This document shows, piece after piece, positions 50,976 to 60,528 of a stretch of 64,000 nucleotides of DNA; position 1 is the first letter of the stretch, and each line of letters begins with the position of its first letter. Location: positions 14,090 through 78,089 of the forward strand of contig NZ_JBEQCS010000008.1 of the NCBI RefSeq assembly GCF_046054195.1, given 5' to 3'. This DNA comes from Celerinatantimonas sp. MCCC 1A17872 (lineage in GTDB: Bacteria > Pseudomonadota > Gammaproteobacteria > Enterobacterales > Celerinatantimonadaceae). The position numbers and the translations under genes are program-made. Under the pieces are notes generated by a model that saw nothing but the letters and a program-made list of their open reading frames with translations, had not been told where the DNA came from and did not search any database.

Positions 50976-51896
50976 ATGAATAACGACGTTGATTATAATG
51001 CGCAGGGTGTTCTTTTTAATATTCAGCGATATTCGCTCCATGATGGTCCGGGGATCCGCACGATTCCTTTTTTTAAAGGTTGTCCACTTTCATGTAAATG
51101 GTGCAGCAATCCAGAGTCTCAGAATCCACATCCAGAAATCGTTTATAACCAGATAAGTTGTGTGCATTGTGGTAAATGTCTCGCAGCTTGTCCTGAGCAT
51201 GCAATTGCTCTGAGTAATCCATTTTTCATTGACCGGGATAAATGTATTAACTGTGGTCATTGTGCGGATGTTTGCCCAACTGGGGCGCTTGAGATCAAAG
51301 GTAAAACGATGTCGGTTGAGCAGGTGTTGCTTGAGCTTAAAAAAGAGGAAAATCTGTTTCGACGATCTGGTGGTGGTGTGACACTCTCCGGGGGTGAACC
51401 GCTCCAGCAACCGGTATTTGCTCGAGAACTACTCAAAGGGTGTAAAGAAAAAGGCTGGCATACGGCGATGGAAACCACTGGATGTGCGCCCAAAGAGGTG
51501 ATTGAAGATGTGTTTCCATGGGTTGATTTGGCATTAACTGATATTAAAGCGCTGAATCCCAAGATTCATAGAGAAAATACCGGTGTGGACAACACGCTGA
51601 TTTTAGAGAATTTGATGCGTATTTCGTTTATCACGAAAGTAGTGGTGCGGATCCCGGTGATTCCTGGTGTAAACGATAATCCAGATGAAATTCGCGCAAT
51701 TGGGGAATTTGCCAGATTACTCTCCAATGTGGATACCATTCATCTATTGCCTTATCACACCTATGGCCAAAATAAATATTCTCTGCTGGGGCGAATTTAT
51801 CCCATGGGAGATACACCTGTTATGGCCGATGAACAAGTTGAGCCTTTACGTGACGTGATAGAATCACTTGGCTTTCAGTGTCACATTGGTGGCTAG
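50976..51896 (+). CDS. Glycyl-radical-enzyme activating enzyme (radical SAM)
   Basis: CPLSCKWC radical-SAM cluster motif plus two ferredoxin-like Cx2Cx2Cx3C motifs. Confidence 0.9.
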   Translation: MNNDVDYNAQGVLFNIQRYSLHDGPGIRTIPFFKGCPLSCKWCSNPESQNPHPEIVYNQISCVHCGKCLAACPEHAIALSNPFFIDRDKCINCGHCADVCPTGALEIKGKTMSVEQVLLELKKEENLFRRSGGGVTLSGGEPLQQPVFARELLKGCKEKGWHTAMETTGCAPKEVIEDVFPWVDLALTDIKALNPKIHRENTGVDNTLILENLMRISFITKVVVRIPVIPGVNDNPDEIRAIGEFARLLSNVDTIHLLPYHTYGQNKYSLLGRIYPMGDTPVMADEQVEPLRDVIESLGFQCHIGG

Positions 51897-51921
51897 CTTT
51901 TGTAACCCTTAGCTGTTTGAT

Positions 51922-51956
51922 AAGCCATACATTGATTTGTGTGGCTTTATTTTTAT
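51922..51956. terminator. Hairpin terminator between the convergent activase and BMC-H genes
   Basis: AAGCCATACA-ttgattt-TGTGTGGCTT followed by TATTTTTAT. Confidence 0.5.
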
Positions 51957-51980
51957 CTGCTTAGTCGCAATGGTTCATTG

Positions 51981-52547
51981 TTATTGGCCACTTTTGTCGG
52001 AGTCTGCTTTGGGAGCTGCTTTTTTAGTCGTTTTTCGTGGGGCTCGTCGGGTTCTCGTTGTCGCAGTTTTACTGGTAGGTTTGGTGGCTGGTTTAACAGG
52101 CGTTGATTCTGGCCGTTGTATTAAAGCTGTCGTTTGGTGAGGGGCATTAAGCGTGCTCTGCGTTGGTTTTTTATCTGATGTCGCAACTTGTTTTAAGCTT
52201 TTTGATGCTTCAGTGTCATTGGGCGCAGGTGTTTTTTGGGTAGTCGGTGCAGGTGGCGCTTTAACCGTTTCGGCAGTATTTATCAGAGCATCTAGTCCGT
52301 TGGCCGTGCGTGCAATCACGCGATGCGCCCAGACTTTTCCCATTCGGTTGGCGGCAGCTACGCCAGAGGCAACCGCGGCGTTAATTGCGCCGACATCACC
52401 TTCGAGTTTTACTGTGACCAAGCCATTGCCTTTGGTTAGCTCATAGCCGATTAGTGTGACATTGGCTGATTTTACAGCAGCATCAGCAGCCTCTATCGCG
52501 GCGGTTAAGCCAACGGTTTCGATTAAACCTAAACTATGGTTAGACAT
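51981..52547 (-). CDS. BMC-H shell protein with a ~100-aa Lys/Thr/Pro-rich disordered C-terminal tail
   Basis: The N-terminal 90 aa form a canonical BMC domain (LGLIETVGLTAAIEAADAAVKSANV). The tail is low-complexity (…KPTQSTLNAPHQTT…TRRAPRKTTKKAAPK…). AGGAGA RBS. Confidence 0.8.
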   Translation of the reverse strand: MSNHSLGLIETVGLTAAIEAADAAVKSANVTLIGYELTKGNGLVTVKLEGDVGAINAAVASGVAAANRMGKVWAHRVIARTANGLDALINTAETVKAPPAPTTQKTPAPNDTEASKSLKQVATSDKKPTQSTLNAPHQTTALIQRPESTPVKPATKPTSKTATTRTRRAPRKTTKKAAPKADSDKSGQ

Positions 52548-52576
52548 ACTGTTCTCCTAATCGAATTTTCATGATG

Positions 52577-53743
52577 TTATGCCGCGCAGTTTGCTCGATG
52601 AGCGTCTTCTCGTAATTGCTCCGCTTTATCTATTTTTTCCCAGGGGAAGATATTGCGACCAAAATGGCCGTAGCAAGCTGTTTTTCGATAACGCGGAGTG
52701 AGTAAATCCAAGTGTTGGATAATTTGATAAACACTTAGCTCAAAATGTTCTTGGATTAAGCCGAGTATTTTTTCTTTGGCAATGGTTTCGCTACCAAATG
52801 TTTGAATATCTATAGAAATTGGGGCAGGGACCCCAATGGCCCAAGCCAGCTGAATTTCACATTGTGATGCAAGCCCTGCGGCGACAATATTTTTAGCGAT
52901 ATAGCGGGCGACATACGCGCCAGAGCGGTCCACTTTGGATGGGTCTTTACCTGAAAAAGCGCCACCTCCGTGGTGAGCAGCACCACCATAGGTATCAACA
53001 ATAATTTTTCTGCCTGTTAGTCCACAATCGGCGGCGGGGCCCCCGATGACAAATGGTCCGGCTGGATTAACGAGCAGTTGTGTATCATGTTTTAGCCATG
53101 CGTTTGGCAATACTGGTTTAATAATCTCTTCAATCACCGCTTCTTGTAACTGTTTTTGGCTGATATCGATGTGGTGCTGAGTGGATAGCACGACTGTTTG
53201 AGCTTGTATTACGTGGCGCTGGTTAAATCGCAAACTCACCTGAGACTTAGCATCAGGCAATAGAAAATCTAGCGTATGACTTTTACGAACGAAGGCATGT
53301 CGCTGCATTAATCGATGAGCAAACAGCAGTGCCGCAGGCATATATTCGGGCGTTTCATCGCAGGCATATCCATAGGTGATGCCTTGATCGCCAGCCCCTT
53401 GTTCTTGATTATCTTTGGCTCGAATAGCATCGCTGATATTCAATGACTGTTGGCCAAGTAAGTTAATCAGCCGGCAATGTTTGGCATCGAATCCTTTGTC
53501 GGCACTGTCATAACCTATCTCTTCGATGGTGCGATGGACAACTTGCTCAATATCAAATGTGGCCGATGAGCTAATTTCACCGGCTAAAACGATAGCATCA
53601 GATTTTAGAAGGCATTCACAGGCAACTTTTGCGCTTGGATCGCGAAGCAAAAAGCCATCTAGAATGGCATCACTGATTTGATCTGCCATTTTATCTGGAT
53701 GTCCTTCACCGACTGATTCTGATGTGAACAGATGACTATCCAT
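52577..53743 (-). CDS. metK: S-adenosylmethionine synthetase, divergent paralog
   Basis: MetK motifs LFTSESVGEGHPDK, GAGDQG and …GGGAFSGKDPSKVDRS. Only ~50% identical to E. coli MetK by eye. Confidence 0.85.
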   Translation of the reverse strand: MDSHLFTSESVGEGHPDKMADQISDAILDGFLLRDPSAKVACECLLKSDAIVLAGEISSSATFDIEQVVHRTIEEIGYDSADKGFDAKHCRLINLLGQQSLNISDAIRAKDNQEQGAGDQGITYGYACDETPEYMPAALLFAHRLMQRHAFVRKSHTLDFLLPDAKSQVSLRFNQRHVIQAQTVVLSTQHHIDISQKQLQEAVIEEIIKPVLPNAWLKHDTQLLVNPAGPFVIGGPAADCGLTGRKIIVDTYGGAAHHGGGAFSGKDPSKVDRSGAYVARYIAKNIVAAGLASQCEIQLAWAIGVPAPISIDIQTFGSETIAKEKILGLIQEHFELSVYQIIQHLDLLTPRYRKTACYGHFGRNIFPWEKIDKAEQLREDAHRANCAA

Positions 53744-53895
53744 TGCCCGCCAGTGTGATGATTCATTTCTTGTTAAGAATAAAAGAGCGATGGGCTAAGC
53801 GACATACACTATCTTGCGTGAATAGGGGAATTTTTTGCGCTGTTGATAAACTTTGAGCAGATTCATCATCTGTGGGGGATTGATTTTTTACAAGC

Positions 53896-54948
53896 TCAAA
53901 GTGTATCCACTTGCATACGCCGATACTCGGATGGCGCTTCGCCTGTTTCTTTTTTAAAGATACGACAAAAATAATTCGAGTCTTGCCATGATAACTCCAG
54001 CGCAATGGCGTTGATTTTTAATTCACTAAAGATAAGCAGTGAGCGAGCAATTGCTATTTTTCGCCCTGTGACATAATTAGAAAAACCGACACCGGTATGT
54101 TTCTTAAAGGCTCGACTGAGATAACAGGAGCTAACATACGATTTTTCGGCAATGCTATCTAATGTGACGTTAGTGAGAATATCATGCTCAATGTGAAATT
54201 TCGCGCGGCGTAAAAAATCCATATTATTACTCATGTTTTTAAAGGCGTGAGTAAATAATTTTTGAGATATTTTCATGAGTTGAAAAATTAACTGAGAATA
54301 GATGAGCTTATTTAAACTACTTTGGTGTACCTTTTGAGAAAGCATATTTAAGCTGTCTAATTCAACCTGATAGTTATCATCGGCTGATTCTAAATAAAGG
54401 TGAATAGTATCTAATAGCGTTAAAATAGCGCATTTAGCGGTTTGCAGCTCTTGATGAGAATCTAAGAATGCCTGATTGATATGGTTAAATATGAAGTCAT
54501 GCCAGAGCGGATAATCGCAGCTTTCAAGCATTTTGTTTAAGTCTTTTTTCAGCGTGCGAGTTGCGGCTATATCGTTATCATTGCAGCCGAGATTTTTTTT
54601 GATTGTTTCGACTAATGTTGTTTTTTTGACCGGTTTAAGCAGATAGTCCTCTACTTTAAGATTGATCATGGCGCGCAGCAGATCGAAGTCGTCATTCGCG
54701 GTGGTCACGATAACTTTGGTATCTCGGTTTTTAGCTTTGAGGTATTCAATCACCTCTTTACCATTGGGTAACGGGATATTGATATCAACAAACATCATGT
54801 CGATCTGTGTTAGTTTATCAATCAGATCAATTGCTTTTCGGCCTGTTGATGCTTCATGAAGAACCGCATTATCCACACATTCTGAAATGATCCGATGCAA
54901 AGATTCAAGTTCAATAGGCTCATCTTCAACAACAATAATATTGTACAT
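53896..54948 (-). CDS. Response regulator with CheY receiver and AraC-type HTH (YesN-like)
   Basis: Receiver (…MMFVDINIPLPNGKEV…) and a C-terminal AraC HTH (…SYVSSCYLSRAFKKHTGV…). Confidence 0.8.
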   Translation of the reverse strand: MYNIIVVEDEPIELESLHRIISECVDNAVLHEASTGRKAIDLIDKLTQIDMMFVDINIPLPNGKEVIEYLKAKNRDTKVIVTTANDDFDLLRAMINLKVEDYLLKPVKKTTLVETIKKNLGCNDNDIAATRTLKKDLNKMLESCDYPLWHDFIFNHINQAFLDSHQELQTAKCAILTLLDTIHLYLESADDNYQVELDSLNMLSQKVHQSSLNKLIYSQLIFQLMKISQKLFTHAFKNMSNNMDFLRRAKFHIEHDILTNVTLDSIAEKSYVSSCYLSRAFKKHTGVGFSNYVTGRKIAIARSLLIFSELKINAIALELSWQDSNYFCRIFKKETGEAPSEYRRMQVDTL

Positions 54949-54980
54949 AATGTATCTCGCTACATGTTGTTCATCTAAAT

Positions 54981-56228
54981 TTATTGTTTGTACTGGATTG
55001 GAAATGTCAGTGTAATAGTCGTGCCACCCATTGGTTTAAATGGGCTAGCAATTTCCAATTTTGATTGCTCTCCAAATAAAAGTTGTAAACGGTTAATGAT
55101 ATTATTAATGCCAATCCCTCCTTTTTGGCGGTTTTGGTTCCCGGAAAGAATGTGTTCAATATCGTCAGGTGATATGCCATTGCCATTATCTGATAGGGTA
55201 ATAATGACATTTTCACCATCATCTTTAGCATAGATATCTAATTGGCTTTTTGTTTCTCTTGGTTCGACAACATAATTAAAGAAATTTTCTACTAAAGGCT
55301 GCATAATTAAAAATGGGCAGATAATTTCTAGATATTTTGGGGCAATGTCACAGGTGTAATCAAATCTATCTCCCATTCTTACTTTTTGGATAGACATATA
55401 ATTTTGCACATATTTTACTTCGTGGCCTAAAGTAATTAAGCCGCGGCTATTTTTACGCAATAAATAACGCATCATATCTGAAAATTCATGCACCATGGTT
55501 TCGGTGCGTTGGGCATCTTCAAGATAAGCCAAGCGGCCAATCGTATTGAGGACATTAAATAAAAAATGAGGATTCACCTGATACGACAATGCTTTAAATT
55601 CAGCCTCATGAAGGGAGCGTTCGATTTCCATGCGTTTACGCAGTTCATCGGTTAATTCAAGCTCTTTTTGGTGGAGTTCACGTTGAATTGTATTGGTGTA
55701 TGCTTGCTCAACCAGATAAGAAACTAGATTAAACAGTGCATAAGAGATAGCCGAAAAGCGCTCATAAGGCATGGTTTGAATCGTCGAATCTTGAGATACA
55801 TTGAGTTGCAACTCATCGCGCAGATGGTTTTGCTCAAGAATATACTCAATAGCCTGCTCGTTGTCTTTCTCAACGTGGACCTGGCCTGAGATAAATGCGC
55901 CCAGATAGTGGCCATTAATCATAATCGGTACGGCACATTCGATGAATCCGCAATCACAGCGATAGACAACCGGTTTTTGTGCTTTCATCGCGGCCCTTCC
56001 GCCAGCATCATCGTTGTCGTAACAAATTTTGGCAAGTTCAGGGTTATTGCGAAAGTGAATGCATCTAGCGCAAAAGCCACTGGGGTGGGTTACCGGTACG
56101 CCATTCTCATCAACAATCACAAGCGCAACCATCATGGACTTACTGAAGTTATCTTGTAAGGTTTGCAGGCGTGCGACATCGATATATTCAGTAAGTTTAT
56201 AATGAGAAGCCATGATGGATACCTTCAA
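54981..56228 (-). CDS. Cytoplasmic sensor histidine kinase with an N-terminal PocR-like domain (YesM/LytS-type)
   Basis: No TM segment. N-terminal Cys-rich PocR-like region. [13 protein letters not shown]-box and a HATPase_c domain. Confidence 0.75.
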   Translation of the reverse strand: MKVSIMASHYKLTEYIDVARLQTLQDNFSKSMMVALVIVDENGVPVTHPSGFCARCIHFRNNPELAKICYDNDDAGGRAAMKAQKPVVYRCDCGFIECAVPIMINGHYLGAFISGQVHVEKDNEQAIEYILEQNHLRDELQLNVSQDSTIQTMPYERFSAISYALFNLVSYLVEQAYTNTIQRELHQKELELTDELRKRMEIERSLHEAEFKALSYQVNPHFLFNVLNTIGRLAYLEDAQRTETMVHEFSDMMRYLLRKNSRGLITLGHEVKYVQNYMSIQKVRMGDRFDYTCDIAPKYLEIICPFLIMQPLVENFFNYVVEPRETKSQLDIYAKDDGENVIITLSDNGNGISPDDIEHILSGNQNRQKGGIGINNIINRLQLLFGEQSKLEIASPFKPMGGTTITLTFPIQYKQ

Positions 56229-56598
56229 AAAATCTACATTACAAAATATATAAAAAGGTAAAAATTAATTAATTGAGAATGTTCACAGGTAAAAGATTTT
56301 AAGATTCACCACCGAACAATGGCGCAAGAATTGTGACTTAATAAATCATCTTTTTGTGGGTAATGTGATGCAAAGTGTCCAATTGTCATATTTTTAATAT
56401 ATCTTTGTCGCGAAGTTTTATTGGCTAAACAAGCCATTTTATAAAAGGGCTTTATAAAACGAATAGAGACAGAGTTTATGTTTATCCTTTAAGCTATAGC
56501 GGTGATGATGTAAGTAAAGGTGTAAGCGTTATTACCTTGTTTATTAATAGGTTGCATGTAACAATGGCTATGAATTTTGAGCGTTATAATAGGATTTT

Positions 56599-57072
56599 AT
56601 GCAAGAGCACTGTCGGGAATATCTTGAGCATTATTTAAATTCGTTACCCAAAGAGATTGCTCAGCAATATCAATCTTTTAGTGCAGATTACTTTTGCGCC
56701 AGTCAACACAGTGCCGACTTATGTGCCAAGCTCATTTTTTGTGGTGAAAAACGCGCAACTTGTAGCATGGATTATTGGTATCGCCACGCGGGTGAAACAA
56801 GACCTATGCCTGGTCATTTGCAGGTTGTGACCACATTTTCTGGCGAGCCTGTCTGTGTCATTGAAACCCTAAGCGTAACAACCTGTCGATATTGTGATGT
56901 CACTGCAGAATTTGCCTTTGCTGAAGGCGAGGGCGATAAAACCCTTAAATGGTGGCAAAAAGCGCATTGGGATTTTTTCTCAAAAGAATGTGCTGAATTA
57001 GGCATTGAGCCAAATGAGCAAATGTTGTTAGTGTTAGAGCACTTTAAAGTGGTTTATCCACGTAGTGTCTAA
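56599..57072 (+). CDS. ASCH-domain protein
   Basis: 157 aa with ASCH-like topology. Tentative. Confidence 0.5.
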   Translation: MQEHCREYLEHYLNSLPKEIAQQYQSFSADYFCASQHSADLCAKLIFCGEKRATCSMDYWYRHAGETRPMPGHLQVVTTFSGEPVCVIETLSVTTCRYCDVTAEFAFAEGEGDKTLKWWQKAHWDFFSKECAELGIEPNEQMLLVLEHFKVVYPRSV

Positions 57073-57193
57073 TATTCAAAAAGATGATTTAAATGGCTGA
57101 AGTTAGTTTACAAGGACATCACTCTGTTGTTATTTAACATATTGAATACACAGGTTACTTTTAGTGAAATATACAATTTAGCGAGAGCACTAA

Positions 57194-57805
57194 ATGGCAT
57201 TTTTGGTCGATAATTTATACAGTTTTTGCCAGCAAGAGATAAAAAATTTTATTAAAGCGCATCCAAGTGAAACATTTTATGCGTTCGCTATTGATGCCAA
57301 CCTATTGTGTTTTAATAGTGAAGAGCAGTTTCAAAAGACATTAGCTCAATATCATGCAGTATGGCAGCGCAAAGCGCGGATGATCTCAAGCTGGGATGAT
57401 TTATCAGAACAAGATTTAAAAGATGTTGAACATCTTTTGGGTATTTATGAAAAGTATCAAGGACTCGACAGAACTGATACCAAACAGTGCCTAGCAATTA
57501 TTAATAAACAAAGAGAAAAACTGCAGGGACAAGAAAATCCATATAACAGCCAAGCAGAAATTGAATCACTGAAAGCCAATACGGGCGATTGGGCTTATCA
57601 GGGATTTAGTGAAATGGCTGAGCAAGATGGCTTTGATTTTGAACTCTATGATGTTCATTACGAATTGGATGAACAAGACCAGAGCTCAAGTGATTACGCG
57701 AATGCTATGGATGAGCTGATAAAACGGCTAACAGCAAGTGATACTTTTGCAGGTCTTAAAACTACAACAGATTTTTCAATTCATCGTGTGGAACATGATG
57801 ATTAA
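57194..57805 (+). CDS. Hypothetical protein (203 aa, acidic C-terminus)
   Basis: ORF only. Confidence 0.45.
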   Translation: MAFLVDNLYSFCQQEIKNFIKAHPSETFYAFAIDANLLCFNSEEQFQKTLAQYHAVWQRKARMISSWDDLSEQDLKDVEHLLGIYEKYQGLDRTDTKQCLAIINKQREKLQGQENPYNSQAEIESLKANTGDWAYQGFSEMAEQDGFDFELYDVHYELDEQDQSSSDYANAMDELIKRLTASDTFAGLKTTTDFSIHRVEHDD

Positions 57806-58038
57806 CATTTAAACTAATTGAACGTTAAATAGATAAAGCTCCGTGAGCTCAACTTAAAAGTGCAACACTTGCCAATATCAGCCAGCCAATGGCTTTTCTG
57901 TAAAGATAATCGCTGAGCTTGCTGGCTTAAGCAATTTAGCTTGCATAACTTACATTTGTCCATAGGATCTCTGTATACCCCAAGGTTGTCGCAAAGTGTA
58001 TTTCGTTGCACTTTGCTTTTTTTGCGATAGGAAAACAG

Positions 58039-58941
58039 ATGCCAAGCATTTCTACTGATACCAATACCTGGATCCCTAAGAAGGGGCAGCCACTTAGTTT
58101 TAGCCAATCCCATGATATAAACCCTGTCATTTTGCCCGATGAACACTCTGTTGGTTTGGCGATGTTTAATCAGCTGCAAGAGGTTGCTAACAACAAACAA
58201 GGCGATATCAATATTGCTTTGTTAGGGGGCAGAGGCGCGCAGGCATTGCATAAACATTTAGGTGAATTAGCCAAAGGTTCTTCTATTGATGCTCTGTTAG
58301 CACGGCTCAATGTCTTCACCCAAGATGCGCTTGCCCCAATGCATATGGATAATGGCCTTAGCTTTGTGCGTGATTTTGAGCGCTTATTAGGTGATGATTT
58401 TTTCAAAAAAATTAAATCATTCACTCCGATGCAAACTCAAACGGACGACATTCTTCATGAGATGGACAAGTATCTAGATAAAATGAATGCGCTCGGTGGG
58501 TTGGATGTGTTCTTTTTAGGGCATGGCCCGGAAGCGCAAGGCGCATCGCATCTGGCTTACATTAAACCGGGATCTGGCGCTGATATTAACGATATCGCGG
58601 GTATTATTCCTATTTCAAACACAATTTTAGAGCACCATATCAGCAAATTTAAAGCAGGCGGAAGCTCTGTTAGCGCTGAAGATGAAGCAGAATGTCGCAG
58701 CGCTAAATATATTTTAACACTGGGCCCTGCTGCTATTTTAAGTGCGAAAAAAATTGTGCAATCAGTGGTGGATGCCGATTCTGCTCCGGCTAAAAAAATC
58801 ACCTATAAAAATGTTCTCAATACCACTTTGGCAACTGAGCATGACGCAATACTCGCTCAGCTTGATAAAAACCCTGGGCTTTGGGTTCGTTTTCATCCCA
58901 ATGTTGTTAGCTATGTCTTGCCAAACGTGTTGCAAGATTAA
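58039..58941 (+). CDS. Glucosamine-6-phosphate deaminase / 6-phosphogluconolactonase-superfamily protein (NagB-like)
   Basis: …NIALLGGRGAQ… and …FFLGHGPEAQGASHLAYIKPGSG parallel the NagB GIGPDGHIAFNEP region. RBS precedes the ATG at 58039. Confidence 0.45.
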   Translation: MPSISTDTNTWIPKKGQPLSFSQSHDINPVILPDEHSVGLAMFNQLQEVANNKQGDINIALLGGRGAQALHKHLGELAKGSSIDALLARLNVFTQDALAPMHMDNGLSFVRDFERLLGDDFFKKIKSFTPMQTQTDDILHEMDKYLDKMNALGGLDVFFLGHGPEAQGASHLAYIKPGSGADINDIAGIIPISNTILEHHISKFKAGGSSVSAEDEAECRSAKYILTLGPAAILSAKKIVQSVVDADSAPAKKITYKNVLNTTLATEHDAILAQLDKNPGLWVRFHPNVVSYVLPNVLQD

Positions 58942-59079
58942 TCGATGAGAGTCGTCCTAAAAACTGTCAACCTATTTTAGGACGGCTCAAAAGCAGCAGA
59001 TAAGACGATGAAGAGTATGCTTGCAGTCAATAGGTTAAACAGTTGCAAAGCCGCTTAATTTAAGCTTGGCGACTTAACG

Positions 59080-59673
59080 TTATTGATCCCAAAGTGAAAG
59101 AATATGCTCGCTAGCAGCAAAAAGTGCTTGGGCTGATGCGCCATCACGGGCCTGAATTGAAATTCCTTTTATGAAGGTATCAATGGCCATCGTAAATGTG
59201 TCGATATTAGTGGTTGCTGGTAATTCGCCTTCATCAACTGCGCGTTTTACACATTCTTTGAGTGCTTGATAAGATTTTTGTCGAGCGTGACGCGTTAGCT
59301 CTTCCACTGCCTTATTTTCTTCGCCGCAGTTTAATCCTGATAGTACCGCCATACATCCAGAAGGCGAGGTTTTGGATGTTTGGACACTAATGGTCTTATG
59401 GAGCATATTTTTTAGAGCTTGTTTGGCACAAACGTCTTGGTTTTTTAACTCTGAAATAAACTCGCCACAAGTTTGTGAGTAGTGGCGAAAGCACTCTTCG
59501 TACAGAGATTGTTTTGAGCCAAAGGCGGCATAAAAACTCGCTGAAGAAAGACCCAGCGTTTTGCGAAGTTCGGCTAGAGATGTGCTCTCAAAGCCATTTT
59601 CCCAAAAAAGATTCATGGCTTGTTCAATAGCATTGTCTCTATCAAACTCTCTTGGGCGTCCAGTTCTGGCCAT
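59080..59673 (-). CDS. TetR/AcrR-family transcriptional regulator
   Basis: N-terminal HTH (…GFESTSLAELRKTLGLSSASFYAAFGSKQSLY). Confidence 0.8.
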   Translation of the reverse strand: MARTGRPREFDRDNAIEQAMNLFWENGFESTSLAELRKTLGLSSASFYAAFGSKQSLYEECFRHYSQTCGEFISELKNQDVCAKQALKNMLHKTISVQTSKTSPSGCMAVLSGLNCGEENKAVEELTRHARQKSYQALKECVKRAVDEGELPATTNIDTFTMAIDTFIKGISIQARDGASAQALFAASEHILSLWDQ

Positions 59674-59762
59674 TGATTTGTCCTCTTTTTCGGGGAAATT
59701 TATATGTGAAGTATTTTACTTATGGATTGATAGGTCCACAACCATGTTGAGGCAAATTTGCG

Positions 59763-60422
59763 TTAGCGAACTTTAGTTTTCGATGGTGATGCTTCGATAT
59801 CAAATCCTGCATTTATCCATTCAAATAGGCCATTTTGATAAACTTTTAATTCAATGTCATGGCTTAAAAGATGTTTCATTGCACTGATGGCTTGAATGCA
59901 ATAAATACCTTCGCAGTAAATCACAATGGTTTGCTCGCTCTGGGGAGAAAACTGAGCGCTCCATTGCTCAAATTGTTCAACCGCAATATTTATGGCACCA
60001 GGAATATGACCTTTTTGATATTCCAGCTCAGAGCGTACATCAATGATCAATAAGTCATCTTGGCGACTCAGCTTTTCAAGAAGTTCTCTAAGGTTGATTT
60101 TTAGCGAGTTCTCGGCGATTAACGTAGTCAATGGTGTGTTCGATTGTGTTAACTCTTTGACATACTGATAAAGCGTTAATACCTCATCATTGTAGAGCCT
60201 ATAGTAGACACGAATACCTTGTTTACGAAAGCTCACCAGATGCTGCTGGCGCATCACTTTAAGGTGAGCCGAGATTGATTTTATGGAAATATGCATGGTT
60301 GATGCTAAATCTTCGACGCAATACTCCCCAAAACTGAGTAGCTCTATCAGTTGGAGTCGCGTTTCGTTGCCCAAGGCCTTGGCTAGCGCAGCAGCATTTT
60401 CAAAAAATTGTTTCTCAAACAA
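59763..60422 (-). CDS. ArsR/SmtB-family HTH regulator fused to a rhodanese domain
   Basis: ArsR HTH (LLSFGEYCVEDLASTMHISIKSISAHLKVM) and a C-terminal rhodanese with an active-site Cys (IVIYCEGIYC). Confidence 0.75.
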   Translation of the reverse strand: MFEKQFFENAAALAKALGNETRLQLIELLSFGEYCVEDLASTMHISIKSISAHLKVMRQQHLVSFRKQGIRVYYRLYNDEVLTLYQYVKELTQSNTPLTTLIAENSLKINLRELLEKLSRQDDLLIIDVRSELEYQKGHIPGAINIAVEQFEQWSAQFSPQSEQTIVIYCEGIYCIQAISAMKHLLSHDIELKVYQNGLFEWINAGFDIEASPSKTKVR

Positions 60423-60528
60423 AGAACAAACCCAGAGATGCTAGTGAAAGCGTGATTATATCATATAGATGGGCGTAGTCCTTGCCCAGTTGCCAAGGAC
60501 TCGCCCTAGAGGGTTGGGGAAAAAGAGT

